Below, piece by piece: positions 58,367 to 64,000 of a DNA stretch of 64,000 bases. The position numbers were made by a program, and so were the translations under genes. Each line of letters begins with the position of its first letter. The stretch's first letter is position 1. The notes beneath the pieces are model-generated. The model was given only the letters and a program-made list of their open reading frames with translations, did no database searches and was not told the origin of the DNA. Origin of the DNA: Candidatus Latescibacterota bacterium (GTDB lineage: Bacteria; Latescibacterota; UBA2968; UBA8231); assembly GCA_965215195.1 (NCBI GenBank), contig CBDCDC010000002.1, positions 2,368,001 through 2,432,000 of the forward strand, in the 5' to 3' direction.

Positions 58367-60004
58367 ATGACGGAGACATCGCCGTCCGCACGGGCGCGGT
58401 TCACTACCCGGCCTCCGCGCTTCTTCAACACGGCCGGCCCCATCAAGCCGGATAGGCACTATCACATCCCACCGTTGGAACGGCTCGACCTCGACGGGGT
58501 GCTGGCGCTGATCGAGCAAGAAAAGTACTTCGTGCTGCACGCGCCCCGGCAGACGGGCAAGACCTCGGCACTGCTGGCGCTGATGGAGGAGCTGAACGGC
58601 AGCGGCTGGTATCGCTGCGTGTACGTCAACGTGGAGATCGGCCAGTCTGCCCGCGAGGACGTAGGCGCGGCCATGCAGGCCATACTCAGTGAGCTGGCGT
58701 CGAGGGCGGAACGTCTCTTGGGCGAGCAGGTCGTGAAGGAGGTCTGGCGCGAAGTGCGCGATGAGGCCGGCCCCCACGGCGTGTTGCAGGCGGTGCTGAG
58801 TCGCTGGGCGGCGGCCGATGAGAGGCCGCTAGTGCTGCTGATCGACGAGATCGACGCCCTGATCGGCGACACCCTCTTGGCCGTGCTGCGGCAACTGCGC
58901 GCCGGCTACCCCGACCGGCCGCAGCACTACCCGCAGAGCGTGATCCTATGCGGGGTGCGCGACGTGCGCGACTACCGCATCCACTCCACGGCCGAGAACG
59001 CCATCATCGCTGGCGGCAGTGCGTTCAACATCCGCGCCAAGTCCCTGCGCTTGGGCGATTTCACCGCGGACGACATGCGCGTACTGCTGGCGCAACACAC
59101 TGCGGCGACCGGCCAAGCGTTCACTGAGGATGCCCTAAACGAGGTCTGGCGACAAACGCAGGGCCAGCCGTGGCTGGTGAACGCGCTGGCCTACGAAGCC
59201 TGCTTTGAGAACAAGGCCGGCCGGGACCGCAGCCAGCCCATCACCGCCGAAGCGGTCGCCGACGCCCGCGAGCAACTCATCCTGCGCCGCGAGACGCATC
59301 TCGACCAACTCACCGACAAGCTGCAAGAAGAACGCGTCCGCCGCGTCATCGAACCCCTGCTGAGCGGGGCCGAAGACGACGAAGCGATTCCCGAAGACGA
59401 CGTGGACTACGTCCGCGATCTGGGCTTGGTGCGCCTATCCCCTTTCGCCATTGCCAATCCGATCTATCAGGAGGTCATCCCCCGCGCCTTGACCTATACC
59501 ACCCAGCTCCGGTTCCGACACGACCCGGCTTGGTATGTGGATGCCGACGGCACCCTGCGCGTCGCCGATCTGCTGGCCGCCTTCCAAGCGTTCTTCCGCG
59601 AACATTCCGAGCACTGGGTTGAGCGGTTCCAATACAAGGAAGCCGGTCCGCAGTTGCTGCTGCAAGCGTTCTTGCAGCGCATCGTCAACAGCGGGGGTCG
59701 GATCGAGCGGGAGTATGGCTTGGGGCGGCGGCGCACCGATCTGCTGCTCATCTGGCCGGTGCCCGGGGCGACTCGGCCGGGTCAAGCGGTGCAGAAGGTG
59801 GTAGTCGAATGCAAGGTGCTGTACAAGGGCTTGGAGGAGACGGTGCGGGCAGGCGTAGAACAGACCCGTGCCTACATGGATCTGTGCGCCACCGCAGAGG
59901 GGCACCTCGTGGTCTTCGACCGCACCGTCGGCAAGTCGTGGGACGAAAAGATATTCCGCGAGCAGGGCACGGGCGAGGCGAACATCACCGTGTGGGGGAT
60001 GTGA
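58367..60004 (+). CDS. AAA-like ATPase/PD-(D/E)XK-like protein, copy 2
   Basis: Collinear paralog of 38309..39886. Confidence 0.85.
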   Translation: MTETSPSARARFTTRPPRFFNTAGPIKPDRHYHIPPLERLDLDGVLALIEQEKYFVLHAPRQTGKTSALLALMEELNGSGWYRCVYVNVEIGQSAREDVGAAMQAILSELASRAERLLGEQVVKEVWREVRDEAGPHGVLQAVLSRWAAADERPLVLLIDEIDALIGDTLLAVLRQLRAGYPDRPQHYPQSVILCGVRDVRDYRIHSTAENAIIAGGSAFNIRAKSLRLGDFTADDMRVLLAQHTAATGQAFTEDALNEVWRQTQGQPWLVNALAYEACFENKAGRDRSQPITAEAVADAREQLILRRETHLDQLTDKLQEERVRRVIEPLLSGAEDDEAIPEDDVDYVRDLGLVRLSPFAIANPIYQEVIPRALTYTTQLRFRHDPAWYVDADGTLRVADLLAAFQAFFREHSEHWVERFQYKEAGPQLLLQAFLQRIVNSGGRIEREYGLGRRRTDLLLIWPVPGATRPGQAVQKVVVECKVLYKGLEETVRAGVEQTRAYMDLCATAEGHLVVFDRTVGKSWDEKIFREQGTGEANITVWGM

Positions 60005-60007
60005 AGG

Positions 60008-60673
60008 ATGAAGGTTCCCTCCTTCGCCTACAGCCGCATGATCGACCTCTCGCGGCCCATCACGCCGTCGGAAGGTCGCTTCATCCACTACTGCACGGCG
60101 CGCGTACCGGTTGACGACCCGCCGACCGACCGCTGGTATATCACCACCAGCATCGAAATAGGCGGTCACGCCGGCACCCATGTCGAAGGGCCTTTGCACG
60201 CTGTACAAGGCGGCCCGGCCATTGCCGAGCTCGATGTCGAGCGCTTTTTCGGCGAGGCCATCGTCTTCGACTTTAGTAATGCTCCGCTGGGTGAGCCGCT
60301 CTCGCCGGCGCAATTCCAACGGGCCGCCGACCCGGGTGGGGGCGTCCACCCGGGCGACATCGCACTCTTTCGCTTTGACTGGGATCAACGGGCTACCGCT
60401 GGTTCTCATCCGCCTTATCCTTCGAGCGCCGCTTTGCGCTGGCTCGTCCAAGCAGGCGTCAAACTGGTCGGCATCGACACCCCCGGCCTAGATATTCCGG
60501 GCGATCGCAGCCTGCCCAACCACCACCTACTTTTCGCACACAGCATCCCCCTAATCGAGAGCCTAGACCGCTTGGGCGACCTGCGACAATCTCGCGTTTA
60601 CCTTTTCGCCCAGCCGCTGCCGGCGGCCGAAACCGACGCCATTCCGCTGCGCGTACTCGCTTTTGAAGGGTAG
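60008..60673 (+). CDS. Cyclase / kynurenine formamidase family protein
   Basis: IDLSRPI, HAGTHVEGPLH, VGIDTP, LIESL. Confidence 0.85.
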   Translation: MKVPSFAYSRMIDLSRPITPSEGRFIHYCTARVPVDDPPTDRWYITTSIEIGGHAGTHVEGPLHAVQGGPAIAELDVERFFGEAIVFDFSNAPLGEPLSPAQFQRAADPGGGVHPGDIALFRFDWDQRATAGSHPPYPSSAALRWLVQAGVKLVGIDTPGLDIPGDRSLPNHHLLFAHSIPLIESLDRLGDLRQSRVYLFAQPLPAAETDAIPLRVLAFEG

Positions 60674-60846
60674 AGTGTCCACTCAGCGAGTCCGTCGTCT
60701 ATGGGATATGCCCGACTCAGCACCCGTTAGCGCACCCTCTACTACATCGAGGAGCTTGCCGGTGACGTCGGGCTGAAGGGTTGCCGCATGGGAGAGTAGT
60801 TCGCCGAGATCTTTGGCTGGGGAATTGCTTCCAAGATTCGTTACTA

Positions 60847-61731
60847 ACCAATGGTGCTAGTGAGTTGACCGTGGTCGAGGTAGTTCCTACGCTGAGGGTG
60901 TCCCCCCTTCCAGCGAAGGAGCGTCCCATGACCACGGCCGAGTTTATAATAGCCCTCTTCTATCGGATCGACAACCAGATGGGCGATGTGCCCAAACACC
61001 CCCAAGCCGCCTTATATCCCAGCGAAACGGTGACCCTGGCGGTTCTATATGCGCTCAAAGGGGACGGCAAACGGGCGTTTTATCGCTGGGTAGTGCGCGA
61101 TTGGCGCGCCTTTTTCCCGCGCCTGCCCGAACGCACCCGCTTGTTCCGCCTGTTTGTCGCCCATGCGGACTGGACCGATCGCTTTCGAGCGGACCCCACC
61201 CCCTTAGGCGTGATCGATAGCTATGGCATCGAGTTGATCCATCCAGTACGCGAAGGCCGCTCCGCTCACCCTATCGGCCAGAAAGGGTTGTCCAATCACC
61301 GCTGGATCGTCGGCGGCAAGCTGGGCTTGATCGTCAACCAGTGGGGCTTGATCGTCGATTGGGATTGTAACACGGCCAATGTCCACGATTCGGTCTTTCA
61401 CCCGATGATTGGTCGCTACGAAGAGCAGATGATCCTCCTCAGCGACCAAGGCTTTCATGCCAAAGAAGGTGATCCGGCTAATCTGAAAGTGTGTCCCCGC
61501 AAAACCTGGGGCGACCGGATGGTCATCGAGACCGTCTTTTCGATGCTGACCCGCATTGGCCGGTTCAAGCGACAGACCCATCGAGCTTGGGCCTACTTTA
61601 GAGCGCATCTGAGCGCGGCCATGGCCGCCTTTAACCTGCTGGCACAGTGGCATGGATTGCAACCGGATGAAAATGGATTCGTCCCGTTGTCCATCGCGGA
61701 ATTTAGCTTGTAGCCCACTAGCACCATTGGT
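60847..61731 (+). mobile_element. IS982-like insertion sequence (885 bp)
   Basis: Perfect TIR ACCAATGGTGCTAGTG / CACTAGCACCATTGGT; TACTA direct repeats at 60842-60846 and 61732-61736. Confidence 0.85.
60928..61713 (+). CDS. DDE transposase
   Basis: VIDSY, ANVHD, LSDQGF, RMVIETVFS; AAGGAG RBS. Confidence 0.85.
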   Translation: MTTAEFIIALFYRIDNQMGDVPKHPQAALYPSETVTLAVLYALKGDGKRAFYRWVVRDWRAFFPRLPERTRLFRLFVAHADWTDRFRADPTPLGVIDSYGIELIHPVREGRSAHPIGQKGLSNHRWIVGGKLGLIVNQWGLIVDWDCNTANVHDSVFHPMIGRYEEQMILLSDQGFHAKEGDPANLKVCPRKTWGDRMVIETVFSMLTRIGRFKRQTHRAWAYFRAHLSAAMAAFNLLAQWHGLQPDENGFVPLSIAEFSL

Positions 61732-61979
61732 TACTAGAGCGGCAATGCGCTCTTCTTGACGCTGTTTGGCGGCAATGCGCTCGCGGCGACCGCGTTCGAC
61801 GATCGCCGTAATTCCCGCTAACCAAACCTGCGCTTCTAGTACCCGCCTTTGCTCAACCAATTCTCGTGCCCGGCGCAGTGTATTTTCCACGAGACTTTTC
61901 AGCCTTGGATCTTCGGCCAGCACCGTCTTCAACTCGGTTGTGGCGAGTTCCGAGTGCAGTCGCGCATGTAAGGTAGCCA

Positions 61980-62963
61980 TTAATTTTTTAGCTGGTCAAG
62001 CAAGTGACCCCACAGTTGCCCGGATCTTTCCGCAGCTTCGTCGTGAGCCTTTTTTTGCTTTTCCAACATTTTTTCGAAATGATCGCGGTCAGCGCGTTTT
62101 TGCTCCTCCTGCCTCCGCGTCTCCGCTTCAACGAGTGAGCGAAGTGCCTCAATTGCCTTTTCAAATTCTGAATTGAGTTTTTTGCGAGTGTCTTCAACTA
62201 GTGCAAAGGTGTCTTTTACTTTCGCCAACTCTTCATCGATGGCCTTGTTTCTCCGTTCCGCCACATCTTCTTGCCATGCTCGCTCTTGCGCGGCCAGTGT
62301 TGCAAGATTCTTCTCAAAAGACGAAGCCAATGCCTGCGTCACGGATTGCCATTCGGCGAGTACGTTCGCCTGCCGTTTGGCGAAGTGATCCTCAACGGCT
62401 TCAATGGTCTTTTGCGTCGCTTGAATTACGGCTGCGTGTTGTTCCACCGCCTCTTTTGTCGCCTCGCAGAGCTGTGCAAATTCACTGCGTGCTTGTTTCG
62501 CTTCGGCCTGCATGGCCTCGGTTCTCGATTGCACCGCTTCTTCTTGCCATGCTCGCTCTTGCTCGGCCAGTGTTGCAAGATGCGAGCGAACATCCGATAA
62601 CATCTTTTCAAAAGACGAATCCAATGCTTGCGTCACAGATTGCCATTCGGCCAGCGTCTTGGTACGCCAGTCTTGGTCTCGCTTTCCGTACTCCTCGACA
62701 AGACGCTCAAACCGTTCCGCGAGAATTTTGTTTGCCTCGCTTTGCGCCGCTTTAGCTTCTTTGTTTGCTTCCCCGAGCCCTTCGTGAATGCTCAAGAGCA
62801 ACTGAACCAAATTCTGTCCAGCTTGCGCTGAAAGTACCCCGGCGACCACAGCAAGCCCCATCACAATAGCCCACGTTTCAACAGGGGGCATGACGATGGT
62901 TAAAACAGCCCCGGCGACCAAGGGGAACACAGCAACGAATGCAAATGATACCGTTTTCTTCAA
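61980..62963 (-). CDS. Two-TM plus long coiled-coil protein with an internal duplication
   Basis: GAGGAG then TTG; two hydrophobic helices; LAEWQSVTQAL.SSFEK...LATLA.QERAWQE occurs twice. Confidence 0.75.
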   Translation of the reverse strand: MKKTVSFAFVAVFPLVAGAVLTIVMPPVETWAIVMGLAVVAGVLSAQAGQNLVQLLLSIHEGLGEANKEAKAAQSEANKILAERFERLVEEYGKRDQDWRTKTLAEWQSVTQALDSSFEKMLSDVRSHLATLAEQERAWQEEAVQSRTEAMQAEAKQARSEFAQLCEATKEAVEQHAAVIQATQKTIEAVEDHFAKRQANVLAEWQSVTQALASSFEKNLATLAAQERAWQEDVAERRNKAIDEELAKVKDTFALVEDTRKKLNSEFEKAIEALRSLVEAETRRQEEQKRADRDHFEKMLEKQKKAHDEAAERSGQLWGHLLDQLKN

Positions 62964-63619
62964 GAGTCTGTCTCCTCTCCTTTTAATGTTTCGTCGATGC
63001 GCTGTATGTGTGTAGCCAAGTCGCGGATACGCACCATATCTGCCCGCCATTTGTCCCATAGCTTCCGATAAAGCTTCCATAGATTTGGCCGGAAGACATC
63101 GTACAGCACGACTCCACCATCCAACTCATCTCGCCAGTCATCGTACCTTGCGCGATCTTTTGCAAGGCGTACTCGAAATGCCTTGAGGGAATGCGTCAAT
63201 TCGCCGACAAATTCGTTGCGGAGCCGCTCGGTATAGGCTTCTGTGACAAGCCCCTCAACCGCACTTTGCAATACGATGAACCGTTTCGGTGAGTCGGCAA
63301 AAGTCCCGGCCTCAACCATTGATCGAGTCGCTGCCGAGAAGAGCCTATCTACTTGGGGATTATCCAGTAAAGCACTCGCGGACGGCAGGTTTTGACTTGT
63401 TCCTTCCTCGAGTACTTTCCTCAGAACGCCCAAAATTTCGTACACCAGTTTCAGGATTTCGTCTTGAGCCTCCAATGGCGGCTCCCCCATCTCGGCCGTG
63501 TCGCCTATCTCTGGGGGCCTAACGACCGGGAAACGCTGGCTTTTTGCAAAGGCATCGCGCCCGTCAAAGCCGGTGAGGAACCCGATGAATTCGGAAGAAT
63601 TTTTTGCCCATGTCGTCAT
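62960..63619 (-). CDS. Hypothetical helical protein
   Basis: Start and stop overlap both neighbours. Confidence 0.7.
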   Translation of the reverse strand: MTTWAKNSSEFIGFLTGFDGRDAFAKSQRFPVVRPPEIGDTAEMGEPPLEAQDEILKLVYEILGVLRKVLEEGTSQNLPSASALLDNPQVDRLFSAATRSMVEAGTFADSPKRFIVLQSAVEGLVTEAYTERLRNEFVGELTHSLKAFRVRLAKDRARYDDWRDELDGGVVLYDVFRPNLWKLYRKLWDKWRADMVRIRDLATHIQRIDETLKGEETDS

Positions 63620-64000
63620 TATGGCTCTACCACGATCCAAGGCTGGTTCTTAATCGCATTGAACTTTTCGAGTGCTCGGCTAACTTTTGGCAACACTTTT
63701 GAGCGTACCCCTTCATCGTTTTCTCCACGCACGAGAGATGCCGCTCTAAAGAGTCCTATGCGAACAGGTGTGTCTTGCCAAAAGTGGGAAAGCCAGTCAA
63801 TTACGTCTCGAGGTCCTATTTGCTCTCTATTGACGCACCACACGACCCGGCGTACTCGCCGCCATTGATGCAACTCCGCCGCTTCGGGAAGCACTTTCAA
63901 CTCTGGCCATAAGACAATCCAGCGATCGCGGGCGAGCAACGGATTTGGAACCTCAACTGCAATGGTTTCACCTTCAAAATGCGATAAAGTCGAATGGGAA
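63619..64000 (-). CDS. 3' part of a hypothetical protein that starts beyond the right edge
   Basis: Frame open to the window edge; TAATG overlap with the next gene. Confidence 0.65.
   Translation of the reverse strand, partial: SHSTLSHFEGETIAVEVPNPLLARDRWIVLWPELKVLPEAAELHQWRRVRRVVWCVNREQIGPRDVIDWLSHFWQDTPVRIGLFRAASLVRGENDEGVRSKVLPKVSRALEKFNAIKNQPWIVVEP

Larger units (their letters stand above)
60683..61980 (-). pseudogene. 135-aa hypothetical gene interrupted by the IS
   Basis: Removing the IS and one TSD copy rejoins 61980-61732 to 60841-60683 in frame. Confidence 0.75.

Overview
This is GC-rich bacterial DNA. The gene content (FlgD-Ig-tailed secreted proteins, PhyH dioxygenases, TPR proteins, a sulfatase fragment) suggests a Latescibacterota/Gemmatimonadota-like, possibly host-associated organism; that is inference only. 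The first ~27 kb is one co-oriented tandem array that I cannot match to a named system. It holds two small secreted peptide genes with a conserved 57-aa leader and variable 6-Cys cores, eight complete (plus one edge-truncated) paralogous CBM-like/FG-GAP proteins with hypervariable loops, a GT-B glycosyltransferase-transglutaminase fusion, a GT2, and three DUF4159-like membrane proteins. Scars show that the peptide genes and the enzyme block were duplicated and then deleted. The rest of the window is mixed accessory and housekeeping content: TPR-sugar dehydrogenase, GH99-like protein, two PhyH, secreted nuclease, RRM protein, two AAA/PD-(D/E)XK-like paralogs, a hybrid kinase, NfuA, the Pnkp-Hen1 RNA repair pair, an FGE-domain lipoprotein with a relict paralog, MlrC, SPFH, oxidoreductase, epimerase and cyclase. 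There is also a small MITE family and an IS982-like element interrupting the last gene of an uncharacterised coupled operon at the right edge. I saw no rRNA, tRNA, CRISPR array or reverse transcriptase. All family assignments come from motif recognition by eye, not database searches.
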